Part shown: piece by piece, positions 1 through 15,100 of the stretch
Layout: every line of letters starts with the position of its first letter
Numbering within the stretch: position 1 is the first letter of the stretch
NCBI RefSeq assembly: GCF_037042905.1
Contig: NC_087245.1
Coordinates: forward strand, 14,510,001-14,574,000
DNA: 64,000 bases
Direction: 5' to 3'
Source: Lytechinus pictus
Taxonomy: Eukaryota
Program-made: the position numbers and the translations under genes
Notes under the pieces: generated by a model
What the model saw: the letters and a program-made list of their open reading frames with translations, nothing else
Told to the model about the DNA's origin: nothing
Database searches by the model: none

Positions 1-115
1 CCAGACGATGATACGATAGACCAGAGGCAGTAGCGGTTGATGTCGTAGGGTAAAGGATAGTTAGGTGATCGTATCGTCCTGGTAAGAGGGGAAATTATGA
101 TTGTCTCCTCACAAT
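1..115 (-). CDS. Exon 37 (truncated by window): CUB9 N-part
   Basis: CEETIII..TIRSPNYPLPYDINRYCLWSI. Confidence 0.88.
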
Positions 116-3100
116 CTAAACAAAATGAACAATCAAAAAAGTTATTCAATATTAGTTCATGTAGGCCTTGGGTAATGTAGGGAGCATTTCATCAACATTT
201 ATATCTAACAAGTTGTCAGATCTGACAACTTTCCCTGATTTTAACTGACTGAGGAGCATAGTTCCTATGGTATCTGTCAGATAAAACAGGACTTGTCGGA
301 TAAAATGTCTGACAAGTCCTTTCATGAAACACGCCGAAGACCTCATAATTCATAATAGGGGGGTCACTTTTGTTTTAATCTTGTCTGAAACCAAGTTTCT
401 TATCTCAAATAAAGCCAATGCAACATATAAGAAAGGGAAGAAAATCTCATGGATACAGAATTCAACATGTTTTTCAATCTCCTGAGCATTTTTTTAAAAT
501 GATGATACAACTATTCTTGTCTTGGCACAAAAATATTATACAATTTTAGATTAATCAAATGATTTCATGATTATCAAAGTGATCTTGAGAAGATGATGTT
601 CTATCCCGATACTATTCAATTCAGTACTTTGAGTAAAACTTTTACCAAGTAGTTGCTGGGCTTAGAAATGTACTTTATTACAATTTATGTGTCGATTGGA
701 CTTCCATACCTCTATCTTGCTTTGCATCAAGTGAGAATCCTATATCGACAGTGGAGTAGTCAGATGTGAACCTGACCCAGCCGATAGACTCTTCAATCAT
801 GAGAGAGAATGGTTCCACCGAGCCAGAGAGTGAGACATAGTGAGAAGTGGGATCAGATGCATCATTACCACGACCAATCTCAACGATATCATACCTAGTG
901 ACAAAGATGAGCATACCGATACGAGGTAACTTTACTATGATAACAATATGAACATCAAGACGGCTATAACGGATGTTTTAAACGAGTGTTACATGAAAGA
1001 TACCATTAACAGCAGAGTTACAGCCATTAATGTGTACCTGGAAAATCACAAGTTGCTTGGTACAATCAAATTATAGCATATTCCATGAAAAATTGCACTT
1101 CATTTTTATAAATTTCATTTATCATTGCAAAAACAGAGTAGACAGTCATTTGATAGACCAAATGGGTTGCGTTCTCACAACGGTGTCCTAGCTTCTATGG
1201 AACTCTAGGTTTAGTCTTTAGGATTTATTCCAAAGATAATGTTCAAAAGAATCCATAGGAAATCCTACTTTCTATATTTCATTGTGAAATAATTTTCTTC
1301 TTTTTTTAATATACTTTTCACTACAGGATTGAAATACTTCGTATTTATCAAATTTAACGGAATAATCGCTCCATTCACTATTCTACTGTAAGTTAATCTA
1401 GGATCATGTGACTCAATGTTAGGCAATTCCATATCCAACATTTTTAGATTTTGTGTGCCTGATTTAGCACCTTGCTTTCCTTTTTAAAATTTGATACAAG
1501 GAAAATATGTCTTTCCTATCATCTGAATTTATTCATTCAAACAATTTTCTACTTACATTCCGAGTATAGTGGTATTTAGTCATGGTAATGGAATAAACTG
1601 GATATCTAAGCCTATGTCACAGGTTAATTAAATCATATAAATCAATTCAGTATTATACCAACACTGACTATCATCCTGTTCCTGTTTGTTGCAAGCTTCA
1701 TTTAATCAAAGGATTTGGGTTTTGAGGACGATCAACATGATTATTCCTACTGTATATATGAAGTGAGATGAAAATTTAAGAGGAATTGACCTGTTATGAG
1801 ACAAACAATGATATGAAAACTTACCCATATTCTGTAAAGAAAGCATTGGTGTCCATGCCAATCCTAAACCTGCCACCCTGATCTGCCTGTAGGTACCAGA
1901 CGCAGTCCAGGTTTGTGGGGTAACCTTGAGGGTAGTTAGGAGACTGGACCCTCTGGAAACCAGATACAGGGACAATCAATGTGCCGCCGCAGGTTAGGTT
2001 TGTGACCGGGCTCTCTGTCGGTGCTGGCTGTTTGGTGCCTGGGATTTCACCTGAAACCACACAATGATGAAAGATAGGAATAACATGTAATCTACCCACT
2101 GGGTTGAACTAACTTTGATTCCTCACCTTAATAAAACAATTCTTTTGTTTAGAGGCAGGTTGATGTTGATTTTGAATTGGATATCCAACGTTTGATCTGA
2201 TAAAATGATGCTTTATCATATTCCATCAATATCAGCAAAGTCAAATTGTTAGCACATACACTGCCTGATTCCCCTGAGAATTACAAACTAAAAATGAGCA
2301 AAACATACAGGTCTTGAAACTAAATATATAAACATTAAAAAATATTGAACATAGTCTCCCTCTAGAGGAAAAGACACTGCGAGAAACATTTGCTTAGTAC
2401 TTACTAGGAGTTTTCTCATCAGCAGTAAGTGAGAATCCCTGAGCTGCGGCAGCGTTAGAAGAATCAGTCTCCAACTTTACCCAAAGAGCATCCTCACTGG
2501 AACGTAAGAATGGTGGTTTGTTGGTTCCGGAGTAGCGATCAATCTCTGTCGCACCATCAGACGGATCCATGCCATAACCTACGATAAGGACATCATAGTT
2601 GTTCTCCAGGCTGAAGTCGGTGAAGTTGAGTTCAATGAAGTTATCGGCAGCGACCTTGACATCGCCAAGAGCAGTTGAGGATTGTTGGAAGACATAGGCA
2701 CAGTCCTGGTTGTCTTCGTAACCATTGGGGTACCCAGGAGAATTGAAAAACAATGGGACTGGTCCCATTTTGAGAGGGTAAACATTGGTGCACTGCTTCT
2801 CGGCAGGTAATTCTATTGTCAAGAAAAAAAGAAGGATGATAGTATAGATTTAAACATAGGTATTTGTAAGATGATTTAAAACATTACACAGTCAGATATT
2901 CCATGTTTCAATATTAGCATCATATTCTGCTACGTTTTATTCCAAAATCAGGTCACAAACCAATCTTAAGGTGTGCGGTGGCATTTACATGCAGATAAAC
3001 AAGGGTCCCATCTCATGTAAATTGGTCTAAAAATTGAATTATTTAGAGCCATACATGTATAAAACAGTTGAAATGGTGATATTTGATTAGCTGATGGCAA

Positions 3101-6100
3101 ATTTGTCTCAGAAAGTTTGCATTTGTTACTGATAATTAACTTTATGATTTAAAAGCTTGTGCCTGTTTCAAAAATCTTGTTATCAATAACAAATGTGAGA
3201 ATAAAAACCATAAAATCAGCCCTGAGCCAATAACATGGATACATTTCGGTAGCGTTGAACACTCGCATTTGCCTTGTCATTGATAACTAGTTTCGAGAAA
3301 CAGGGTCCGAAGTCAATGACATACAGAGGACTTACCAACATTGTACCTCGTGTAGGTGAAGAAGAAACCAAATCCTTCAATTCGATTGTCTGTCACAAAC
3401 CTGATCTGGATAGACGTGGCCTCACTGATGTAAGACTTGGGCAAAAATATTCCACTTAGCCTCTGAAAATGATCACAAGTGAAACAGCAAACTGATAGGT
3501 AATGAATACACTAGTATTGATGGCTTCAAAATTTGATCTTCGGGGAGGAAGGAATGACCCAAGACATGGAAGGTGAATTTGGTCACACCCATTTAACAGG
3601 TACAAAACTAGAATTTACAATTTAAACTACTGAGAGAGTGATAAGATAAAGAACATATGCAATAGATCAATGCTTGTGGTATATCACACTGGTATACCTC
3701 ATATGACCTTTGACCTTTAGTTGTGAGACATTTGACTCCAAATAAAAATTGATATGTTTAAACAACTCCTACCATCAAAGTTTGGTTACAAAAGAATAAA
3801 CATAAAGGTTGTTTTATAACTGTTCCATGTGGAAAATAGCAAGTACATTTCCAACATTTTACCTTATATGAGCCTTGACCTCCTTAAACGACCTTTGAAC
3901 TAATTACATCATTGTGGATGGATGGATGGATGCCATTTCCATATTTTTTTTTCCATCTTAGCAAATTCTAAACCAAAACAAAAGAAATCTACATGTATCT
4001 CTTCAAATCAATGCAAGTCTTATAGATAAGATTGTTTAAGCTACTAACCACTCTCTCCTCATATCAATTCTCTACCATCTCTGAGATGGTTAGATAGTCT
4101 TATCAAAGCAAGTCTTATAGATAAGATTGTTTAAGCTACTAACCACTCTCTCTTCATATCCATTCTCTCCCATCTCTGAGATGGTTAGATAGTCTTCGGG
4201 ATCAGGGAGAAGGAAGAGGAGCTGGAAACTCAGCTGGATGCGGGTATCCAAGGAGATGGTGTATACGCAATCCACAGACGGTGGGTAGTTACTAGGGAAG
4301 TTGGGAGATGAGATGTTGCCAGGGGCATCGGTGATGACGACAGGTTCCAGGCATCCTGCAAAAAGAATGTTTTAAAAGCAAACATAGAATGCATCACTTT
4401 CATCTATTGAAACTTCCCAGTATGTGAAAATACCTATTTTTCACTCTTCTGATTATTGCCGTTATTTTTTGTCAAACAGCGACAACACACGAGCTTGCTC
4501 CACGCACAAAGGTCACAATGTTGCGATGAAAAACAACCACTGTTCATGAGAAACACAGGAGACAATGACGAAATTGGCCAAGAAAATTAAGAAACGTGTC
4601 ATGATAATTCTACTTCCACTGTTCAATTTCATTGATATAAGCTTTAAATTTGAATTGCAATAAAAGTTTTTTTTTTTTAAAGAGTACCGAATATTCTACT
4701 CTCAAACATAATTTTTTATCAAGAATGGTGCTGCTGTCAGTTATTTCTTCGGAACACCATGAACGGAAGAACATAAACAAAACCCATCGCATTGGATGGA
4801 CTCTGGTGCTCCGACACGACTGGCTTAGTCCTATTAACTTCTCACAAAATACTAAAGAAAGTCATTCAAAAATATTACCTGCATAAGGAAGAGTGGTTGC
4901 TTCTATCGGAAGACCATAATCCAAGTTCCTATCGATAAGAAGCATTGGTTTGATGGAGAAGCGATACGCTGTGCTTGCACGAAGACCACTCACCACGCTG
5001 CTGTCGGAGGCACCACCTACCACCATGAATTCTTCAGCATTGTTGAGGTCTGTGTACTCAATCATGTACCCTATGACGTCACAGTTAAACAATGACGGGA
5101 CCCAAGTCAAGAGGATGGTTGAATCAGAGATCGCCTCACCACTGAAGTTACTTGGGGCAGTCTGGATTGGGACATAGTCTGTTGGGGTATGAAAAGAGGA
5201 GATAGATTGTATTCCAACATCAATTACTGTAGGGTTAACTAAGTATATCTTGAAGAATGTTTATAGTGAATCGGGTTTGCAACATGAATTTATATTTCAA
5301 TTGTGTCTCTGATTTATTGGCTATCAGAATACAGTATTGATCATAAAGTTGCATAAAAAATAGGCTTGCTTTACAAAAAAAAAGAAAGGGCGCCTTACAA
5401 ATAATACAAAATTCAACATCATCATTGGGGTTAGAATTTGCAGCACAAAGAACCATGTAAAAAATAAAGACATAAATCTACATGAATTAGAAAAATGAAA
5501 AGAACATGCAGGTAAAACTTTGTTACCCAAAGATATCTTTTTTAGTTCTCTTACCCCTGATAATAGGAACTTTACTTGACAAGGTTGCTATATTATGTTC
5601 TGCCACATTATGACATACAAGGCGATCCCTGCTGGAATTACCGGAATCACAAACTCTATTGTGACTTTATATTTCTTTCTCAAATCTACTACTTTCTTAT
5701 ACAGCACTTTGTCCTGCATTCCATATAATAATGATAAAGTGTAACTCAATCAAATAAATATTATTTTTCATTGCATCTTATGTGTATAACTTGATAAATG
5801 TAAAATAAATTAATCTAAATTATTCTGAATCTGAAAAAGAAAATAGATTTCTTCACTTACCCTTGGCAAAGATCTCACAGATGAATTGGTTTGGCCTCTG
5901 ACACGGCCAATCCATCCACTGACCACTGGAGATCATCTGGACACAGTCCTGGACATCACCTTCAGCTTCATCCGGTTCATCAGGTGCCCAGTTGGTCATC
6001 TGCCATGCGGTCATCGATGAGCAGTCCGTCCAACGGAAGTCACCCTCTGACCACTGGTCTTGCAATCCTGGCATTACATTATCATAATATTTATTTATGA

Positions 6101-9100
6101 TATCATATCAACCAAATAAATATAATATAAATAATCAGGATTTCTATAGCACTTTGAATGTATCATACACTGTAATCATGGCCTCATAAGGCAGCTAGTT
6201 TGGTAGTATAGCTGGGTTTTCTTTTAAACAGATTGCGCATATTAATTAATGCAAGCATAAAAATAGGACATTTGTTCAATCATTGAGATACGTGAGAACC
6301 CAGATTAGACATATCAGATGGAAAGTGAACTAATCAGGCGAGCGTATACAAGTATCGTGGCAAGATCATAGAGTTCGAGTAGTACTTTTGGTCACTACTA
6401 GAGAATAGATTTCAAAAGAGTATTGTACAATCCTATGCAAAACAAAGTACAACACAATAAACGGAAAGAGCAAAGCTGATTGCAATGCAATCACAGGAAA
6501 ATTATTTTCTGGGGAGCATTTCATCAACATTTTCATCTGACAACCTCCCTTGATTTTGATTGGCCGAGAAGAATGGTTCTTATGGTTACTGTTGGATAAA
6601 ACAGGACTTGTCGGATAAGAGTCTGACAATTCCTGTCATGAAACACTCCCTCATTGTGCAATTACAAACTCCAAATCATTTATATTTGAACTCTGAATAT
6701 CATGATATTCCAATATTGTCATGATATTACAATATTTGGGGTAAATATTAGGAAGCCCTGACATCACCACAACTGGGCCCGTAACACGAAGATCAGTGAT
6801 CAATCGCTAATTTAAAAGAGCAATTCTGATCACTTCCTAGTCAAATAACTGAGCAAAATGCGCATGCAAGGAAAGTCTTAATAAGCCATTTCATTTTACA
6901 GTGATTGATCGCTAACCTTTGTGTTACGTAACCCGGGACAGTCTGGCTACTTACCAATCCACCAATCTCCTTCCACTGTCTTATTAAGAATGTAATCATA
7001 TTCCTCTTGGTTGTCGACGACGACCAATTCACCTCCAAAGTCCTTACTGCATTCCAGACGAGCTTGACTCCAGGTTAAAGAACCCTTGACAAAACGATAG
7101 CAGCCACCCTGGTAACCTTCTTCATAGTCCGCTGGGCAACCAACTGAAAGGATGAGATCATAGTATTACAGATAACAGCAAACTCTCAAGTTGTAGGAAA
7201 GGTAATATCAGTTTAATATTGCGAATTCTTCTGCAGATTCTCTCACATTTAAAACATGACAATATCCAGCTTTTCTAACATATGTGTGCATGCAGTCCCA
7301 CGGGGGGATTTCTGTCTGCAGTGCAAGCAACTCGAAGCTAACAAGGATGAATTTCTGATCCTTTGGGTCATTCTAAAATCAAATACAGACCTGCCAACCA
7401 GTACGTTTTTGGTGTATTTAGTATGTTTTTGCAACCAAAATACGGCAGTGCATTTTTTTTTTTTTTTACAAAATCGTAATTTATTGAGAAAAATCATCTC
7501 TATATGTCTCTATTTCATAAAACTTACACAAATATGGTTATTAGATCAATGTAATTTTAGGTAACTTGTTTTTTTTTTCAATCATTTTGTTAAAACCAGG
7601 TTGAGATATAGACATGTTTAAATGTGTTTTTTTTTTCATCCGCAAGAGCAGTGCGCATTTTAGCTTGCATGCAGCTTGAGCACCGCGATGAGCGAGTGCG
7701 CCACGCATTTTATTATGAAATACACTTTTTTGGGGAAAATTCAATTTTTTTAATCACAGAATACACTTTTTCATTCCCAGAGGTTGGCAGGTCTGCATAT
7801 AGCACAGGCTGATATCTACATGTATATGCATTATAGACAAGTATTTGTTCATTCGTTTGAGGGATTGTTCTGCAAGCCAGAATTTTAGTAGCTTTTAAAA
7901 GACGTCAGAGATTTCTTCTGACAAGACGTTTCACAAAGGGCTTTCATCTAACCTGTTTCATTGTTGGTTCTAGCATCGATGCGTTCACTGTATGACAGCG
8001 GCCCGTTTATCGTCAGAGCAGCGATCCTGAAGCCATACTCAGTATCAATCAGCAGATTGTTGACAAGATAACTGCTTGTTTCTCCACCATCAATGTCAAC
8101 GGTGGTTGCAAGTAGACCCTGAGAGATGAGGATTCGGTAGCCTGTCACATCACAGCTGAAATCAGATGGTACCCACGATAGGAGGATGCTGACGATGGAG
8201 AGAGGACTGGCTAAGAACTCTGTGGGACTCAGGTCTCTTGGTTCAAGATCTTACAGAGGGAAAGGAGAAAGGTATTATCATTTTAGGGCAATTCCATAAA
8301 ATAATCAACCTTTTTGTACATCCAACCCCCATATTCTCAAGTTTTACTTCAATTCATAAACTTACCATGTCATGATCATTTGAGAACATTACAGACTGTC
8401 AAAAGAACCAGAAATCAGAGGCATAAAATTTCATGAAAGTCTCACATATAGGGGGTTGGGTGTACATATCTTATGGAATTGCCCTTTGTCATTTCAAAAT
8501 TGGAGGCTACATGTAATATTAATGATCAAAATCATATTTACACAAAGAATAAGATTAAAAACAACATCATCAAAAAGTAACAAAAATATTCTATCATAAT
8601 CTTAAATAAAATCTTGTAAACTAGCTCAAACTATTTGAAAATACAAGAATATATGCATATCCTAGTGCTTCCCCATATTCTGAGATTACTTACTGCGAGG
8701 ATCGAGCTCACAGATATACATGTTTGGCCTGTCACAAGGCCAGTCCATCCATTCTCCGCTAGAGATCATCTGACCACAATCTTGAGTCCCATCGGAATCA
8801 TCTGGCTGACCTGGAGCCCAGTTGGACACCTGCCAGATGTTCATCTCAGTGCAATCTACCCACCGATGGTTGTTTTCTGTTCCAACATCGTACAACCCTG
8901 AAGACAAGGAGGTAATCAGTGACACAATAGGCTTCAAATAAAGAAAGTTTTATTCATGCAAGTAATTCTCTTAACACGTTGACTCCTGAAAAATCTTGAA
9001 TGCAGACAGACTTTGAACTGGGTCATCCGGTTACAGAAGCCTAATCTGTAATGCCTGCTGAAGTCTGTAACTCCCACCTTTCAGGGCATGTATTTGTACA

Positions 9101-12100
9101 ACAGAGCAGATTTTGAGATCAAACTGATTAAACTCACATTATAACTTATATGTAATAAAAAACCTTCCCTTACAATGTGTGGGTTTAATAATACATGTGC
9201 GCATGTTGCGCCCTTAATGTGACGTCATTTATATGCATTAATCCGAAGATATTTATCAACCACAGTGTATTCAACCCCATGCAGTGATCACAGTATTTCT
9301 CAGTCAAAATGATTAAAATCTGCAAATGAATGCTACAGTTTTCACGGGATGTTACTTATAGTTCTACTAATTTATTCTTATTCCCCTGGCACTTGGATTT
9401 CATCATTCGGTTAAATATTTTTTAAATTGTTCATTCTCACTCGCGGCCCACACTATCTTTTGTGTCTTTAGGAATAGGTGGGTGACCCACAGGCCTCTCA
9501 TGATGATTGACATTGGTGGTGCATGTATTATAAAACACAAAGATTGCATGACAACTCACCAACCCACCAATCACCCCCTCTTGTTGTATTCAGGATATAT
9601 TCCAGTTCGAATGGGGTCTCAATGACGACCAGATCTCCACCATTGGTTTGTTGGCAAACCTCTCGAGCATCGTGGAATTCAACCACACCAGGAACAAATC
9701 TATAACAGTCTCCAGTTGGACCAAGCTCGTAATTTGCAGGACAATCTAAAAATGAATAAGGCCAATGTGGTAGTCAAGAGATTCATTACACCAGACATGC
9801 AATATGCTGTATCTGCCACTATATACAGTACCTGTATGTGTAGATACTTGCCAATGCAGTACAATTTTCAATAAGAATGCATAATCTGGAGTTCTTACTC
9901 ATGTTTCTAATAGTGGCTCATATCCTTAACAGAGCACACTGAATTTATAGATGTAGAAAGATGGACAGAGGGATAGATAGGTAAGTAGGTAGGCGGATGG
10001 ATGGGTGGACAGATGGACAAACAGTCCGACCGAACGAGAGACGGATGGATGGCAACCACCTACAATAGGCCGGGGGCATAAAAAGTGCTATTTTTACCAA
10101 GATACACTAATAATAGCTCACTTTTATGTTGTCATTTTCCCCTATGAGACTCAAGACACTTACCCTCAAGAGTAGACACCTCAACCCCAGCTGAATTACC
10201 AAGATTTCCAAAACTGAAGGTCAGAGTATCAATGAATATGACATAGTCGGTGGCTGGGGTCAGATTGTTGATGATAGCGCTTGAAGTGTCTCCGCCAGGG
10301 ACAGTCAGCGTTCCCGTATCTCCATTTTGGCCCTGCCAGCCTAAGATGTAGGCCAGGATGTCACACTGTTGTGAAGAAGGGAACCATGTTGCCGTAATAG
10401 AAGATGGGGTTTGGGAGTTGCCTCTTAACAGCAAGGGTGACACACTATCTGGAGACGAATCTGCAATAAGATAAAAATTGATTTTAAGCCATTACATGTG
10501 ATTTGATAACTGTTTAATACACACTTTAACTAAATGTACATGTATGTGCATTTTGAAGACCATTTCATTACACCGCTGAGATTTTCCACACATCTTTCAC
10601 AGTATGTACTTGTCATGTTTGAGTGAGTCTCAAACTTCAAACAAGATTTTTTTTTTCTTTAATCTGTGAATAATTCCTTGACAGTCTTCTGTACTGAATC
10701 AAGTGGTTAATTCTAGTTCATACTTTTTTTTTACAATATACTTATACATATATAGTCTTGCTTCTTAGGGACCCTAAGTATTTTAACGCTGTAGTTTGGT
10801 TTTATTTTGAATCCTATATATGTTGTGTTATGTCATATTTTTATGTTCAAATAAATGAATCAATAACTAAAATAATGAATTATTTTCAACATCAGTCCCT
10901 GTGATTTTTTTTTTCAAACTGTAGGAACAACTCAGAATTCATTTTGTCTCAACATCTGATGGTTCTGAGTGAGATTGTCACATGACACTTGCAGATTCTG
11001 AAGAATCAACATAGTAGGTAATTTGTATAGAATTTGCCTTTTGGACACAAAAACATGTTTTCTTTCAAGGAAATCATATGAGAAATGTAGAAATTTCTAC
11101 TTCTATCTGGAAAATGATACCGCTAGCTATTGCAAAGATTTCATCAATACTCACCCCGGTCTTTGATCTCACAGATATAAAGGAGAGTGTTACTGCAAAC
11201 CTGGTTGCTCCATGTTCCTATTACACCATCGAATGTAGCACAGTCATAATCTACATCGTCGTTGCCTGGCTCACCTAGTCCCCATTCAGTGTAAGAGGGC
11301 GCTGTGCAGTCCGAACCCCATCGCCAGTCACCTTCGTTCACTGCATCATAAAGACCTGGCAAATACATAATGTGATGAATAAAAAATAATTTTCCTCATT
11401 CAAGAATATAAGGAATATTTATTTGATTAGATTCACATCAAAATATTACAGGAAATAGTTTTCGTCAAAACTAATAACGTCATATTTTCCACTACTTTTC
11501 AAAAGAATTTCACTGACCCACTAATTTGACATACTGTAGTCAGGCATTCCCTGTGACCTTCTTTCGGTTGCCTCCTATCTTATTGACTTCTTACACAAAG
11601 AATTGTTGAGATCTTATACTAAGATTTGTCACATCCCATCTCACCCTTAACCCTCTGAATACTGAATTCTCTCATTCCCATAGACATTTGTATACAGACC
11701 ACCCTGGGCCTGTAGGCAGGGGGTTAACTTACCAATCCAGTATTGTCCATTTCCTGTCTGTCCCTGTAGGTATGCCGTCATAGTCTCATTTGTGATTTCA
11801 ACCAGATCTGAATTCTCGGTCTGGAGGCAGTCTGCTCTTGCGTCAGTCCAAGAAGCAAAATCTATGCTAACCTTGAAGCAATTACCAGCAAAACCGAGGA
11901 CATAGTCAGAAGGACAGGCTGCCAAACAATGTAAAGCAATATATAAAACAAGGTAAACTCATTAACCCAAGGCCTAGTTTCCATGAGCAAATTTATTGAA
12001 ACATACTACAGTGGTCTGAATTTTCAGACTACCAACTGATTATTGTTTCCATTTCAATAAACATAATAAAATCAATGATAATAAAAATAATAATTTCACT

Positions 12101-15100
12101 ACATTAACAGTGAACACCTACATTAGTTTGCGTGGATAGTTTATTCATTGTTATAAACCAACGTCCATTCTGTCCATCTCACCTAATGGATGGAGGGGGG
12201 CTAGTGAGATGAAATAAAGCAGAGTAAAATAACCATCTAATGTACATGTTTCACTTAAAAATGTAAAAATAAATTTTGGTAGAGCTTTGAGATACTTACG
12301 TGGAGCCAGAGGTGTTGTAGCATTGATGGAGTTACTTTGAGGGTAGGCGGAGCCAGGGACGATGGGAGAGATGGTGAAGAAGTAGCGTGTATCTTCTTCA
12401 AGATTCATGACTACAACGGAATCACTCTGAGCACCATCAACCTTGAATGGAAATATAATGGAAATATAATACAAATAATGCACAGATGAGAGAGATTTAG
12501 TTGCAATGCAGGGCACGCAAGTGTATTTACCATTGAGAATTATAAGACATACTACCACTGAATACTTTTGCACAACATTGCAAAATCCCGACAGCGTAAA
12601 CTTGTGCAGCATTTGTGATACAAAATATTTCTAGTTTATTATATCAACTTTTAGATCAATGATCACACAAACAAATCATTGATCTCAAATAAAGCAATCA
12701 TGAAGTCCAATCAAACATCAAGTTGAATATTAAAATTGAAAATGAAATGTGAATGTAATAGAAATGTATATTTTTAATGATGTGAGAGCTGCTTGCATGT
12801 GACACAACAAAATCAATCCTTTGAAAAAAAAATATGTTATTCATTGATGGATTCAATCTTTCATTATTATATTTCTGTAATTCTTCTACCTTCATTTAAA
12901 CTTATGTCAGTATGGACTTCCCCTTGAACATTACATGTTCAATACACTAGACACTGCAAAGCTTGATTGATAAAATGTCAACAGAAATATCCTTTCGAAA
13001 ACAGAAAAAAAAAGACTCAACAAAAAATCTTTGCTGTATTTTTTCATCCTTTTCATTCTAAAACAAGGATGCATGATTCTTTAACCACATCAAAATGCAA
13101 CTGAGATAGGATTTTTAAAATATTTTTTTCACATTTGTGTGTATACCTGAACCTCCCCACGGATGATATTTGTGGAGTACTGAATGCGGTAACCGGTTAC
13201 GGAACAGAGATTTGCTGGTATAGTCCACGTCAAGGACACCTCAGAGAAGCTCAACACCTCTGCCTCAAAATCAGTTGGGTAGATGTCATTTGCTAAGTCT
13301 GGAGAAGTTCAAAGGACATATAACAATTAAAGCACAATCTCCACTGTCTACATTAAACTCGAATCCTAGCGATACAACCTAACCCCAATCTTTACTCTTA
13401 CAACATATATGATCCTATTAAAGCATATATGCTTAATCCTTACAGTAAACATATCACATTAAGTGCAACTATCACTAAAAATATCCCCAACCCCAAACCT
13501 AAACCTTACTTTACCCATATCGTTCTCTGTGTTGCGGGTGTTCTCTATTCACGTAAATAAAACATGGACACTACACCAAGCTATACTACACCGAGACACT
13601 CTACCTATTCCTGACATTATTTCTGATCGAAGACATAACCTTTACAAGACACATGACTCTCATGATATACCTAATCATAATGTACATGTATAACTAATCA
13701 CATCCCCTGCATTGTATAATATGAACTCAACATTTATTAGCAAATATTAATAAAAAAGATTCTCATGTATGAATACATAATCTTAAAAAGATAGAATACT
13801 AGTAATATCGATAATCTTTCAATAATCTTTAAAAAAAATAAAATTGAAAGGTTTCCAATGCACCGCAGCAGCCTAGTGACACATTTGACATGAGAAAAGG
13901 TTGAAGTAGTTTCTCTCCTAGTGCTATAGTCATATCAACAAATCTGACTCCAAACAAACCAATGGTATGTGAATTGAAATAACATAATTATAGCTTTTAT
14001 CAGTCTGACGTTTGTTTCAGTGGTGTGACTATGGAATAAGAGAATGTCAGGGTAGGTGTGTGTGGGGGGGGTATGTGTGATTGTTTCTTAAATGTGTTTA
14101 TTTCTTATCAATTATTATTTATTACTAACTATTTCCTATTTACTTGTTTTTCATTCTTTATTTTCATTTTTGTTGTGTTACATATCTTATGTAATGGGCC
14201 ACTCTTCACAAGCCTCTGCTTCACTTTGGTCCTAACCATTCAATGATATATCATGATTTGCAAATGATTTATAAGTTTTTATATCCCTCTTATGAATATT
14301 CATGAGTATTCTAGATAAACGGTTGGTCAATTCGTGATCATGTGACAAAGTATAATTTCAATAGGAAAACACATCGCTGCAATTAGCTCCGTATAGTTTT
14401 CTTGTAGCTCCGTATATTTTTCGATATACTTTCATGGGCATAACTGCGCATGCTCATGCTCGATATTTTCTCTCAACTTTGAATTGTGCATGCTCCCTGA
14501 CCCATATACCGTACCGGTATCGCGATCATCCGCAAAGCAAAAGCGCAAAAAGTAAATAAAGTAAAATACAAGCTCTCGCCCAAATTACCGTGCCGACAAT
14601 CTGAAAAACAGTGTGGAATTGGGTCTAGATTACAATGCAGAAAATATAATTCCGATGGCCATTCATACAGGATCCTTAAATATGGAATAAACATACCTAA
14701 CAAGGTGAGTCAAGATCCGATATTAATTTTTAACGTTAGAGCATACATTTTAACTGCGCGTACCGGAATTTATTTTGAGTGCCACTCTATGGTGCCACTG
14801 CAGCAACGGCAACGCAGCGCAGCGGACCTCTCATTAAGTGCAGTCGGGTAGAAGCCGCGCGCAGCCTACCCATGAACTGTCTAGCAATTTTTATAGCTCG
14901 ACAGCTAGAGTAGGAGTCAGGACTAGGTCCGGCAACGTTAGATTTGTTCGAGGTTAAAAATCAGCAAGGACTGGAGGGATATAAAACAAATATATCAGGC
15001 GTTTCTTTCGAAAGCATAGTGGGAATTATTAATCCTCGGTTGGACTTGCAATGTAACTATTTTTCCCTCGGGGCTTCGCCCCTCGGGAAAAATAGTAATT

